From positions 18,910,001 through 18,974,000 of the forward strand of contig NC_090353.1 in NCBI RefSeq assembly GCF_035084215.1: a DNA stretch of 64,000 bases, written 5' to 3'. Shown here piece after piece: positions 1 through 11,467 of this stretch; within the stretch, counting starts at the first letter, position 1, and each line of letters opens with the position of its first letter. The stretch is from Heptranchias perlo. Lineage: Eukaryota. The notes below the pieces were generated by a model, which saw only the letters and a program-made list of their open reading frames with translations, did not search any database and was not told where the DNA came from. The translations under genes and the position numbers were made by a program.

Positions 1-250
1 ATACTGATCAAAAAAGTTCTTCTGAACACACCTCAGAAATTCCTCCCCCTCTTTTCCCTTTACATGATTACTATCCCAATCTATATTAGGATAGTTGAAG
101 TCCCCCATTATCACTACTCTATTGTTTTTGTACCTCTCTGTAATTTTGCTGCAAATTTGTTCCTCGATATCCTTCCCACTAGTTGGTGGCCTATAGATTA
201 CACCCAGTAGTGCAATGGTGCCTCTATTGTTTCTTAACTCTAACCAAATA
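1..250 (-). mobile_element. CR1 LINE fragment, endonuclease region
   Basis: Reverse strand reads ...ATAATGGGGGACTTCAACTATCC (MGDFNYP), the APE GDFN motif; same region as the copy at 63400-64000. Confidence 0.7.
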
Positions 251-255
251 GAGTT

Positions 256-700
256 TCCATATTATAAAAAGGATATAGAGGCACTGGAGAAGGTACAAAA
301 AGATTTATTAGAATGATACCAGAACTGGGAGGTTATAAATATCAGGAAAGATTGAGCAGGCTGGCGCTCTTTTCTCTAGAAAAGAGAAGACTGAGGGGTG
401 AACTGTTGGAGGCCTTTAAGATTATGAATGGGTTTGATAGGGTAGACATAGAGAAGATGTTTCCACTTGCGGGGGAGACCAAAACTTGGAGCCATAAATA
501 TAAGATAGTCACTAATAAATCCAATAGGGAATTCAGGAGAAACTTCTTTACCCAGAGAGTGCTTAGAATAAGGAACTCGCTGCCACAAGGAGTAGTTGAG
601 GTGACGAGCATAGATACATTTAAGGGGAAGCTAGATAAACACATGAGGGAGAAAGGAATAGAAGGATATGCTGATAGGGTTGGATGAAGCAGGGAGGGAA
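256..700 (+). mobile_element. CR1 LINE 3' fragment (ORF2 C-terminus)
   Basis: ORF 313-687 LFSLEKRRLRGEL...FFTQRV..NSLP, the typical CR1 ORF2 C-terminus. Confidence 0.9.
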
Positions 701-1958
701 GAGGCTCCCTGTCCCCACTGCCACCTCTTGGGAGATACAAGGTCAGCCCTTCAGAACTCTCTCAACACCTTTTCGGCCTCTCCCCAACAGTATTTTATAT
801 AAATAACTGTCTTTGTATCGTCTTTTATATATATCACTATCTTTTAAATCTTTTATTTATTTTTAAATTGCCATTCTTTAATTGGTACGCTTTTCATTCA
901 TAAATATTAATGTAAATCAATCTGTAATAAATAGTAACTTTAAATTTTTCAACTATTAATATTTATTCATTTAATAAATTTAAATACACAAATTTTGAAT
1001 TTTCAATTCAATAAATATATATCTGTCTCAATTTATATATTCCAAATAATTTTAACATTTTACTTACTGACATTAGATGAGTGACCTATAATTTCCTCTG
1101 TAACATCTTTTTAATTATCATTTCCATATTTTACTCAATGAATACCAAAAATTATTTTAATATTTTGTTGACTAATTTCAGAAATTATCATTTCAATGTT
1201 TTATTTATTCTTTCCTCTAGATTACTCTTATTATTTCTAAAAATTTTAGAATGTTTCTAATTATGGTTACTTTCATGCTTTCGAAATTACAAAGCAATGC
1301 AGGAATGTTATGGACAAATAGCATTACATTAGCATCGGATGGGACACAATACAGTGATAGAAAATAATGTCAACAACTCCAACAGGGCATGAGCTACGCG
1401 AGTAACAGACTATCCTTGGACTCATTGGCAACACCTCAGAAAATCAACCAGTTTCTGAAAATGCTGACTCAATCCAACGAATATTAAGAATTTGATAACT
1501 AGTAACTGATCCATATTTCTAAGTTTCATATTTTTTGATATATTATTAAAAAATTTTAGTCCATATCACATAAATTCATCCAAATCAAAAGAAAATATAA
1601 AATATCACATTTAGGTAGGATCACATTGAATGTATAGGGCAACTGATAGGCTGAAATTCCTTTTTTTAAACTAAAAATGGGAGAATGCCTGCTATTCCCC
1701 ACAATTAGAGACCCACTAATGAAACTATGATAATGTCTGGCTTGGAAACATCCAATTTATAAAATTTCGTAGTTGGGGTCATTAATTCGAAAGAAAAACA
1801 GTTTTTTTTGGGGGGTTCAAAGAGGCATTCCACCCAAACATGAAAGTTGTGCACTATGTTTATAAGTAATGCATCTGATGACCTTTACAATTAACTGTCC
1901 ATCAATATTCCTTCTCTTTTTGACCAGTTGTTATGAAGTCAGAAAAAAACTGTTCTAA

Positions 1959-2330
1959 AAAACAGAAAATGCTGGAAATACTCAGCAGGTCAGGCAGCAC
2001 CTGTGGAGAGAGAATCAGAGTTAACATTTCAGGTCGATGACCTTTCGTCAGAACTGGAAGAAGTTCGAGATTTGACAGTTTATAAGCAAGTACAGAGCCA
2101 GGGAAGGAAGGGGGAGGATGGGAGGAAAGAACAAAAAGGGAGGTCTATGATGGGATGGAGGGCAAGACTCATTAAATGACAAAAAGGGGTGGTAATGGGA
2201 CAAGTAAAGAAACAAAAGGTGGGTCTAGAGGAGCTGTAAATTGCAACATCAGAACCATTACCAGCAGCTATTATCCGAAAATATGGGAGCAGTGGTTATG
2301 ATCTGAAGTTGTTGAAATCAGTGTTGAAAT
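1959..2330 (-). mobile_element. Penelope-like element terminal fragment (family B)
   Basis: AAACAGAAAATGCTGGAAATACTCAGCAGG end shared with 33896-34445 and, in opposite orientation, 60620-60680; carries a hammerhead-like motif. Confidence 0.6.
2019..2055 (-). ncRNA. Minimal hammerhead ribozyme motif (family B)
   Basis: Reverse strand AGUU-CUGACGA-A-AGGUC(AUC)GACCU-GAAA-UG-UU-AACU: core boxes, 5-bp stem II, 4-bp stem I. Confidence 0.65.
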
Positions 2331-3084
2331 CAGAAACTGTTCTGTTGGCCTGCGATACTTTGTAAATGCGTGGCACCTTTCAGAGATTGACAATGATAAA
2401 TGAGTTGACCAGAATACATCAACGTATACAATGACAAATATACATCAATATTTATCATTCATCATTCACTAAAATCGGAAGAGATACCCAGAATAGGAAA
2501 CTCCCAATTCTTACATGGAAACGTCAAAGCAAGAGTTTCTATATTAGATGACAATCTATTTTAAAACTGCAAAAAATAAACAATGTTATCTTAAATATGC
2601 TTATTTTTCATATAAATTGGATCTAATGGCAAAGTCTGAAGCTATGGTCTGTAGTTCCTTTTCTATTTCGCTCAGAAAATTTAAGGTGAATTGGTTCAAA
2701 TCATTGATCTGTTATTCCAATGTCTTTGAAATGATACTGCAGTGCAAGAGTTCTAGTTAGCAGCAGTTTGATGCTGTTTTAGGATAAAACCAACACTTTG
2801 ACAAAAATGAAGCATTTTTACTAATAATTTTGTTTGAGATTGACTTCAATTTAATTCTGTCACAGTACATAAAGGGTCAAAAACTAACTACTCAGAGGAA
2901 TCATGTATTAGTGTAGATAAGTATAATGTTGATGAATGTTTAGTGATAGTTTGCTTGAGGGAGGAGCCAAACCATTCAGTTCAAATACAAACATGTTGTG
3001 GAAATTGTTCACATATGTGTGTGATTGGCAACTTTTTGAATTTAACAGAGAGCTATTTAAATATTTGCTTGGTTCCAGTTAAGA

Positions 3085-3222
3085 AAGAAAGAACTTGCAC
3101 TTGTATAGTGCCTTTCATGTCCTCACGATGCCCAAAACACTTCACAGCTAATTAAGTACCTTTGAAGTTCTATGTAGGCAAAAATGGAAGCAAGTTTGCG
3201 CACGGCAATGTCCCATAAACAG
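3085..3222 (-). mobile_element. SINE/L2-type 3' tail remnant
   Basis: Reverse complement of the TGAAAGGCACTATA..AATGCAAGT tail seen on the fuller SINE at 17816-18180. Confidence 0.6.
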
Positions 3223-3849
3223 TTACTGTTCACATCCATACAACAGCCATGCGCTGGGGACATGGATTAGAATTCAAATGTAATGACTGAGACTATGGAG
3301 GTTCATTGGAAACATCCCTAAACAATCACACATGACATGTTTGAATAACGTCAATAACTTGTGCTTAGAAAAGGTTAGTTGTCAGTGAAGTCTCACCCGG
3401 CTATGGTTTGATTGGTGGCTCAAAGGACTAATCTCTGGACATGAAGAGCTAGAAATGGATAAGAAGTCAAGTCCTTGGCTTCCTGATCAGCTAAGAAATA
3501 AGGAAGCAAAGAAACAGACAGGCAAGGACAGCCTGCAACGTCTAGTAAGGAAGACAGATCTAAACAGACAGTCCATGGTTTATACGGGAGTCTTTTCTTT
3601 GATGCAAAAGCATGTGCTGTGCTTAAGAAACACACAGTACAGTAAACCATATATTAATGGACCAGGAAACGAGTCTTAAGTCACTTAAAGTGACTTCCCA
3701 GTTATATTAGTTCTTAACACCCAATAGAAGAGGAAAATACATTTTGTGTCAGTCCCATCACCCCAGAAGGGCTGCACATGACACTTCCCTTGAGAACATT
3801 AGCACCCAGACATCGGACATTGAAATCAGGATAAGCCGAAAAGTCCTTG

Positions 3850-4630
3850 AGCTTAACATTGGTAAAACCAAAGCTATCCTCTTCAGCTTCTGAGAACTCC
3901 CACATGCCTCTTACTTCGACTTCATTTACCTTCCAAGCTGCCGTCTCGGGCCAAGGCCAGAGGTGCATATCCAGATGGGTACAGCTCAACCCCAATCCCA
4001 CTTTCCTTTCCCACATCCAATCCATCATTAAGATCACTTTCTTCCACTTCTTCAACATTGCCATTTCTGCCCGTTCCTCTTCTGCCACCAAAACTCTAAT
4101 CCATGTCTTTACCACTTGGACTTCTCCAATGGTCACCTTGCCAGCCTCCCCCATTTCCACCATGCACAAACTACAAATCATCCAGAACGCCAAGGCCCAT
4201 GTTGTCACCTGTAGTAAGGTCCACATCCCTATCAACCCTATTCTCACAAAGTTCTACTGGCTTCCTGCATCTCAAAGAATTGGTTTTAAAATTCAAATTC
4301 ATCCACAGAGTCATTTCTTCTTGCTTCCATGATCTCCTCCAGCCCTATGTCTACACATGCACTCTCTGGTCCTCTGATACCCACTTTTCATTCCCTGCCC
4401 TCTCCACGCCAACATTGACACCTGCTCTTCGAACCACTTTGCCCCCACCCTCTGAAACCCCTTCCCTGAGCAAATCTGCCTTATTACCTCCCACTCTACC
4501 TTCAAAAACATCCTTAAAACTTTTCTCCCCCTAGACTCTTTTTTCTTTCTCCTCCTGTTTAATGTCCTCCACCCAGCAAAATGCTCTGATGTCTCTTAAC
4601 ATATTGAGTGCTAGCAAAATGCATGTTTTA
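3850..4630 (+). mobile_element. L2 LINE 3' fragment, degraded
   Basis: TLIHVFTT...KLQIIQNA...HIPINPILTKFYWLP...RIGFKI matches the L2 ORF2 C-terminus pattern. Confidence 0.75.
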
Positions 4631-6168
4631 GCATAGTGTTTCAAACATACATTCAGCATTGTGGGGGCTGAGTCAGCGGGTCAGTGACAAAAATCAGCAC
4701 ATATCAGGCCCCTCTCCCTTCAATGCTTTTCTGACAAGAATCCTGCTGCTAATGGAAGAAATCCTGACCACTGCATACTACAGGTAGGAATTTTTGCAGG
4801 AACAAGAGTTCCCGCCTACAGTAGGCAGCAGCCAGAATCCCTGAATTAACTCAGACTTTCTGCCGCTGCGCCATCGGAAGTGCAGTGTAATCCTGCGTAT
4901 AAATGGGGTTTCCACCGCCATTCCGCAAAGTTACGCAAAGCAGAGGCAAAAAGTCCAAGGAAATTCGGAGGCCTTGTTTTTGCTTTTGTTAGATTATATT
5001 TAATCTAACAAAATTAGATATATCTGTCGAGTGTGAAATACAAGAGCTTTAAATGGCTGAAAATGCATCATTTTAATGCAAAAATTCCAAATTTCTCAAG
5101 GAAGCACGTCCCTAGAAATACATCATCAATTTTCTGCATTTAGCAGTTAGATTTCCCCTTCAGGCTGTCACACACTATTTTTTTTCCTCCACAAGTGAAG
5201 GAATGTTGTGTATACTTACAGCTTAAGTTACAAATTCTGTGTAACTACTTGTATTCATGACATAGGATTACAATCATAAGAACATAAGAACTTAAGAACA
5301 TAAGAAATAGGAGCAGGAGTAGGCCATACATCCCCTCGAGCCTGCTCCGCCTTTTCAATCAGATCATGGCTGATCTTCAACCTCAATTCCACTTTCCTGC
5401 CCGATCCCCATATCCCTTGATTCCCCTAGAGTCCAAAAATCTATCGATCTCAGCCATGAATATACTCAACGACTCGGCATCCACAGCCCTCTGGGGTAGA
5501 GAATTCCAAAGATTCACAACCCTCTGAGTGAAGAAATTCCTCCTCATATCAGTCTTAAATGACCGACCCCTTATCCTGCGATTATGCCCCCTAGTTCTAG
5601 ACACTGCAGCCAGTGGAAACAACCTTTCAGCACCTACCCTGTCAAGCCTCCTCAGAATCTCATATATTTCAATGAGATCACCTCTCATTCTTCTAAACTC
5701 CAGAGAGTATAGGCCCATTCTACTCAACCTCTCCTCATAGGACAACCCTCTCATCCCAGGAATTAATCTAGTGAACCTTCGCTGCACAGCCTCTAAGGCA
5801 AGTATATCCTTCCTTAGATAAGGAGACCAAAACTGTACGCAGTATTCCAGATGAGGTCTCATCAAAGCCCTGTAACATTGTAGTAAGACTTCCTTAGTCT
5901 TGTACTTCAACCCCCTTGCAATAAAGGCCAACATACCATTTGCCTTCCTAATTGCTTGCTGTACCTGCATGCTAACTTTTTGTGTTTCTTGTACGAGGAC
6001 AAGTCTCTCTGAACACCAACATTTACTAGTTTCTCACCATTTAAAAAATGTTCTGTTTTTCTATTCTTCCTACCAAAGTGAATAACTTCACATTTCCCCA
6101 CATTGTACTCCATCTGCCACCTTCTTGCCTTCTCACTTAACCTGTCTATATCCCTTTGCAAACTCTTT

Positions 6169-6901
6169 GGGGTCAATTTTACAATGGTGGTGGGTTGGCT
6201 GTGAGGGGGTGAAGGTGCATGTGGCAAACCTGCCTGAACAAAACTTACTTTGCCGTCAGGAGCTGCAACGTGGGGCAGGGGGGGGGAGGGGGGGTAGAAA
6301 AAAAGAGAGCCAGGGGGTGGGGGAGAGTGTAAGATCGGGGGGGGGGGAGAGGGGAAGATCGGGAGGGTGAGGGGAAGATTGGGGGTAAAGAGGGGGACAT
6401 TGGGGAGGAGAGGGAAGATCGGGAGTGAAATAGGGGATATCGGGGGGAGAGTGGAAGATCGGGGGAGAGAGGGGAAGATCGGGTGGACATCGGGGGGGGT
6501 GAAGAGGGGGACATCAGGGGGGTGAAGAGAGGGAGATCGGAGAGGGGGACATCAGAGCAGGGTGCAAAGGTAGGTTCATTTGGTGTTTTAATTTCCTTCT
6601 ATGGTGTTTTATGTAATTTATTTAGTTTCTTTTTCCCTGATCCAGGCATGAATTAGAAGCGGTGGGCAAGCCAGGTAAGTTAAAAATCGTTATAATTACT
6701 TAATCGATCACAGGTAAAGTGCCTTAAGTACCTCAATGAGGTACATTTGGCTCTTTAATGCAGGACTTCCAGTTTCGAGTCATTTGCGTCCCCGGGAAAC
6801 TCGGAAGTCGGCGGGTTGGAGCCGGCTTCTGAATTTGAACGGGATTTCCGCAATTTTTGGAGCCCCCAACGCACCCGCAATTGCCTCCTAAAATTGAGCC
6901 C
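6169..6901. mobile_element. Non-autonomous DNA transposon (PIF/Harbinger-like MITE) inserted in CR1
   Basis: Terminal inverted repeats GGGGTCAATTTT / AAAATTGAGCCC (11/12 match); 3-bp TSD TTT (6166-6168, 6902-6904); removing it restores the CR1 sequence. Confidence 0.75.
6310..6555 (+). repeat. G-rich degenerate tandem repeat inside the MITE
   Basis: Repeated GGGGAGAGAGGGGAAGATC / GGGGACATC units. Confidence 0.8.
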
Positions 6902-6980
6902 TTTGTGTGCTCCTCACAGCTTACTTTCCCACCTAGCTTTGTATCGTCAGCAAACTTGGATACATTACACTCGGTCCCTT

Positions 6981-7250
6981 CATAGAATCATAGAAAGGTT
7001 AAAGCACGGAAGAAGGCCATTCAACCCATCAAGTCCGTGCCGGCTCTATGCAAGAGCAATCCAGCTAGTCCCACTCCCCCACCCTATCCGATATTCCTGC
7101 AAATTTTTTCCTTTCAAGTACTTATCCAGTTCCCTTTTGAAGGCCATGATAGAATCTGCCTCCACTACCCCCTCAGGCAGTGCATTCCAGATCCTAACCA
7201 CCCGCTGTGTAAAAAAGCTTTTCCTTATGTCACCTTTGGTTCTTTTGCCA
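6981..7250 (-). mobile_element. 5'-truncated CR1 tail (different subfamily) nested in CR1
   Basis: CATAGAATCATAGAA tail, GCCATTCAACCCATC hairpin region, reverse FFTQRVV. Confidence 0.8.
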
Positions 7251-8505
7251 TCTAAGTCATTAGTTTAGATTGTAAATATCTGAGACCCAAGCACTGATCC
7301 TTGCGGCACCCCACAAGTTACAGGCTGCCGACCTGAAAATGACCCATTTATCCCTACTCTCTGTTTTCTGTCCATTAACCAATATTGTCTTTCCAAGCTA
7401 AGATGTTACCCCCAACCCCATGAGTCCTTATCTTGCGTAACAACCTTTTATGTGGCAGTTTATCGAATTCCTTTTGAAAATCCAAATATACTACATCCAC
7501 TGGTTCCCCTTTATCTACCCTGCTAGTTACATCCTCAAAAAACTCTAATAAATTTGTCAAACATGATTTCCCTTTTGTAAAACCATGTTGACTCTGCCTA
7601 ATCATATTATGATTTTCTAAGTGCTCTGTTACCACTTCCTTAATAATGGATTCCAACATTTTCCCGATGACTGATGTCAGGCTAACTGGCCTAAAGTTCC
7701 ATGTTTTCTCTCTCCCTCCTTTCTTAAATAGCGGTATTCCATTTGCTACCTTCCAAACCGCTGGGACCGTTCTAGAATCTGGGGAATTTTGGAAGATCAT
7801 AACCAATGCATCCACTATCTCTGCAGACACCGCCTTTAGAACCCTCAGATGTAGGCCATCAGATCCAAGGGATTTATTAGCTTTTAGTCCCATTAATTTC
7901 TCCAGTACTTTTTCTCTACTGATATTAATTACTTTAAGTTCCTCACTCTCATTAGCCCCTTGGATCCCCACTATTTCTGGTATGCTTTTTGTCTCTTCTA
8001 CTGTGAAGACAGATACAAAATATTTGTTTAACGCATCTGCCATTTCCTGATTCCCCATTATAATTTCTCCTGTCTCAGCCTCTAAGTGACCAACATTTAC
8101 TTTTGCTACTCAATCAAGTCTGTTTTTGAGTTTTCAGCTTTTAAGGGTTGTATCAGCTTTTTTGAAACTTTTGGTCAGCAATTGCTAGTTTTCCTGCTTT
8201 TGCTGTGAATCAGATGCCATATATTATAATGCAGCCACAGACCAAGATAATTCTCAGACAAAGCCACCCCCACAGACATAACTGGTTGATGCTACTTTTT
8301 TAAAAATTAAGTTTGGCTTCACTCCTATTTTCTAAAATGAAATAAGAACAACTTGCATTTATGAAGCACCTTAACATAGAAAAAACTTCCCAGGACGCTT
8401 CACAGAGACATAAGGAAAAATTGAAACATGAGCTGAAGGAGTTATTAGGAGGTGTGATAAACAAGCTTGGTTGAAGAGGTGGGTTTAAGGATGATCTTAA
8501 AGGAG

Positions 8506-8754
8506 TGAGAATCCCTACGTGGTCAGTTTTTAGTAAAATATTAAGATGCCGACGTGGCAAAGAAGCAGAATGCAAAATGGTTAGAAAGGGTTAATTAGTT
8601 AGTAACTGAGATTGGGACAGATGGCCTGGCCCTCCTGCTGGGCCATATGTTTGCTTAGTCAGCAGGCCTGCATTGTCTTATCAATGATAGGTCTTTGATG
8701 TGAGTCAAGGACTGGTCTGAATGTCTCCATGTTTATGGCAGATCAATATAGGTA
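8506..8754 (+). repeat. 5' LTR, truncated (first 249 bp only)
   Basis: 245/249 identical to 11440-11688, then diverges abruptly after TATAGGTA. Confidence 0.92.
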
Positions 8755-10017
8755 TGTTTTGGGTATAGGGATTATCCCTTTGGATAAATAAATAATAAAT
8801 GAAGATTTGACAAATTAATCACTTGGGCTCTCAAGAAGAGCCGCAATGGATTTTCTGTGTTTCTTTTAAAACAGGTGACCCTGGGTTTTTTTTGGGACCA
8901 CGTGAGTGTTGATGGTGCAGGATTACCAAGAGTAGTTACAAAGTTACGGTGCAACCTTTGCTGGAGAAATTTGGTGCAGGAAACGATCCAGTGGTGTTAA
9001 AGATTTAAGACTTTAGCTGCAGACATCAGCGGATACCAAATGTCACAGCGTGGTGATATCAACCTGATTCTCTTCTTTTGAAAACATTTTGATTTGTTTT
9101 GTTTTAGCCTATTTGTTGTCTTCCGAGACAGAATGCTCGAGGTGGGGAGATATGGGAATTTCTCTAAAGTCATTGAATTGGGCATGATAAAAAAAATCAA
9201 TCCGGCATAAATATACAATCTAGTGGAAGTCAGGAAAGTGTAGTTGAGAATAGCAAATTGATAGCTTTCTCGTGGAGATATTTGTGTCCTTGCCTATAAT
9301 GAATAATGAGAAAACTACACTCAATAGCCTGGCCACTACCCTGACATCGGGACCATGCAGGGGGAGATAAGCACTCTCGACACCCCTGATCTTTTTGATA
9401 AGATAACCTGAAAACCTAAGAATGGCTACAGTGGACATAAAAGATACAAATGTATGTTGCCATCATCTGAAATGGAGACCAGGATGAAGAACATGATTAC
9501 AAAGGCCTGTGGCCTGGTGAGCTATTGCAACCACTCTTTAAACAAACCAGTTGCTTTTACAGGACTGAATCCTACAGGTCATATGATGTGTGCCATGGAA
9601 AATGTTCGGAAATACCATAAGGAAGAAGAGACTGGCCAGCAGAAAGTTAATATCCAAGAACACTAAGCTCATTCCTATGAGATGCTGCTAGTATGCGGAG
9701 ATACATGAAGAAGATACAGTGAAGAATGAGTCTCAGACAGGCTCAGTTACTTGACAACAGCACAACAGGAAAATGGTTAATGTGGTCCAGGCGAGTGAGA
9801 AATCCTTTTAAACAAGGCACTGACACATGGTCCATAGAGAAACCAACTAATTAATGAAACAGTCAGGAAACACTGGTATCAATCAAAAGGACTGAAATTA
9901 AAGTAAAGAGGGACACAGTAATTTGGATTTCCAAAATTCAGGGTTAGGTTCCCATCAGTTAACAATAAAATTGGGAGAAACAATATTTAGAAGATATCCG
10001 CACGATGGATACAAAAT

Positions 10018-10116
10018 TACAAGATTATGAGGGGCCCAGATAAAGTAGACTGGAAGTACCTGTTTCCCCTAGCAGAGGGTTCAAGAACTAGAGGACGTAG
10101 ATTTAAGCTGATTGGC
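10018..10116 (+). mobile_element. Internal CR1 fragment embedded in the ERV
   Basis: YKIMRGPDKVD...LFPLAEGSRTRGRRFKL, CR1 ORF2 C-terminal segment without tail; ACAAAATTA on both flanks. Confidence 0.8.
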
Positions 10117-10117
10117 T

Positions 10118-10870
10118 GGAACAAAATTAAAGGGATGTGTTACTAGACATGCTGTCACTGTATGTCCACATAGTGTTGGACACAGCCTAGAAGCACAGTG
10201 TGGGTTTAATAATACCGGTACCAATCAGGATATTAACTGTACCATGGAGGCCCTAGAGGCGGATCTAAAACCCACTTAAGTGGTATATGCCGGAGAGGGC
10301 GAATACTGTGTTACAACTAATTTGAAAACGTTTAAATATGCCAATCTAACTTGTGATATTTTAAGTCCAGAATTCTACTCCATTTCTGAAGTCCTGGTTC
10401 GGATTGGACCCGAGGAACTGGTAGAGATACACCGGCATAACCTCACCACCTTACAAGTTTCTGAGAATGCCAGAAAGGACTTCAAAGAATATCAGGACAC
10501 ATTTGGGTATCTGACACCCCTGTTGCCTAAATACTTGGAAGCATTGCGAATGGAGATACGCCTCTCCTAGAAGGGTTATTATAACCTACAACAGGACAAT
10601 AACAACATTAAGCATGACATTGACCAAATTAAAGTCACCACCTGGTGAAATTACCTCTGGAATTTGGGACTGAATATACAGATCCATCTTTGGATTAGAT
10701 TAGTTTCATATGTATTAGTCGTAGTGCAGTTTGTTGTAATGTGCTTCTTGATTTTCATTGCATGTAATAAATGTAAGCAGAGGATGAAGGTTTTGGCAAA
10801 GATAGTAAAACAGAGCCTGGGTGAGAATGTTCCCATTGTCTCTGTGGTTTCAACTAAGAACACATCTTAA
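10118..10870 (+). pseudogene. env: env pseudogene, C-terminal (TM subunit) half
   Basis: One frame with 3 nonsense codons (10277, 10568, 10646): Cys-rich ectodomain with N-glycosylation sequons (NNT, NCT, NLT), amphipathic helix, W-rich membrane-proximal segment, TM LVSYVLVVVQFVVMCFLIFIAC, basic tail. Confidence 0.8.
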
Positions 10871-11227
10871 TGGTACTGGGAGTAGCACCCGCTGGGGTAA
10901 GGTGCATGTAAAAGGGAAGACAATTATAGTTCGATAGGATTATCAGATGCTCTGCCTCTCTTCCACCCGGACTGGTGGCCAACACGAAGGGAACCTGGTT
11001 AAGATGAGGTACAGCATCTAACGGGATATTGTAGGGAGAATTTGGATTAAGGGATATAATGGGGAGGGTACCAATTCACAGGTGTAAAATGGTCTGAAAG
11101 GTACCATTCAGTCTAGTTAGGCTGGAAACAAAATATAAAGCACCATGGGATATTTGACTATGTTAGCCTTTTCAAACTAACATGAATAGGTTTAGCTGAC
11201 CAAGGACATTCGCAACTTACTTGAGAG

Positions 11228-11467
11228 ATGTTTAGAAGGAGTCTGTTCCTGAGAACAGATAAGATACAAAGGCGTATTGATGAAACATGTCTGTGTTCTA
11301 TTGGGACTTCTCTAGTTCAAGGGCTAGTCATATTCATTGTTATAATTCTTATAGTTTATTGCTTACTTAAATGTTGCTGCGCTGCAGAACCAGTGAGCAC
11401 CGTAATAATTGGTTATCATAAAATGATAAAAGGGGGGAATGAGAATCCCTACGTGGTCAGTTTTTAG
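11228..11467 (+). pseudogene. Putative accessory membrane-protein ORF remnant between env and 3' LTR
   Basis: LVQGLVIFIVIILIVYCLLKCCC hydrophobic segment plus Cys cluster; ORF reads through the PPT into U3. Confidence 0.4.
11428..11439 (+). promoter_or_regulatory. Polypurine tract
   Basis: AAAAGGGGGGAA immediately before the TG of the 3' LTR. Confidence 0.9.

Larger units (their letters stand above)
5274..8110 (-). mobile_element. CR1 LINE (RT region to 3' tail) interrupted by two nested insertions
   Basis: Minus ORFs 7375-8058 (RPVSLTS, QHGF, YLDFQK) and 5383-5970 ([13 protein letters not shown]); (TTCTTATG)n-type tail at 5274-5305; sequence resumes after 6901 and after 7250. Confidence 0.92.

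Noticed and set aside
790-1260. Extremely AT-rich tract
   Set aside because: No ORF, period or terminal structure seen; cannot be distinguished from low-complexity sequence or a consensus artefact.
9900-9940. KVKR as a confirmed env furin site
   Set aside because: Not followed by a clear fusion peptide and not connectable in frame to the env remnant; kept only as a hint.
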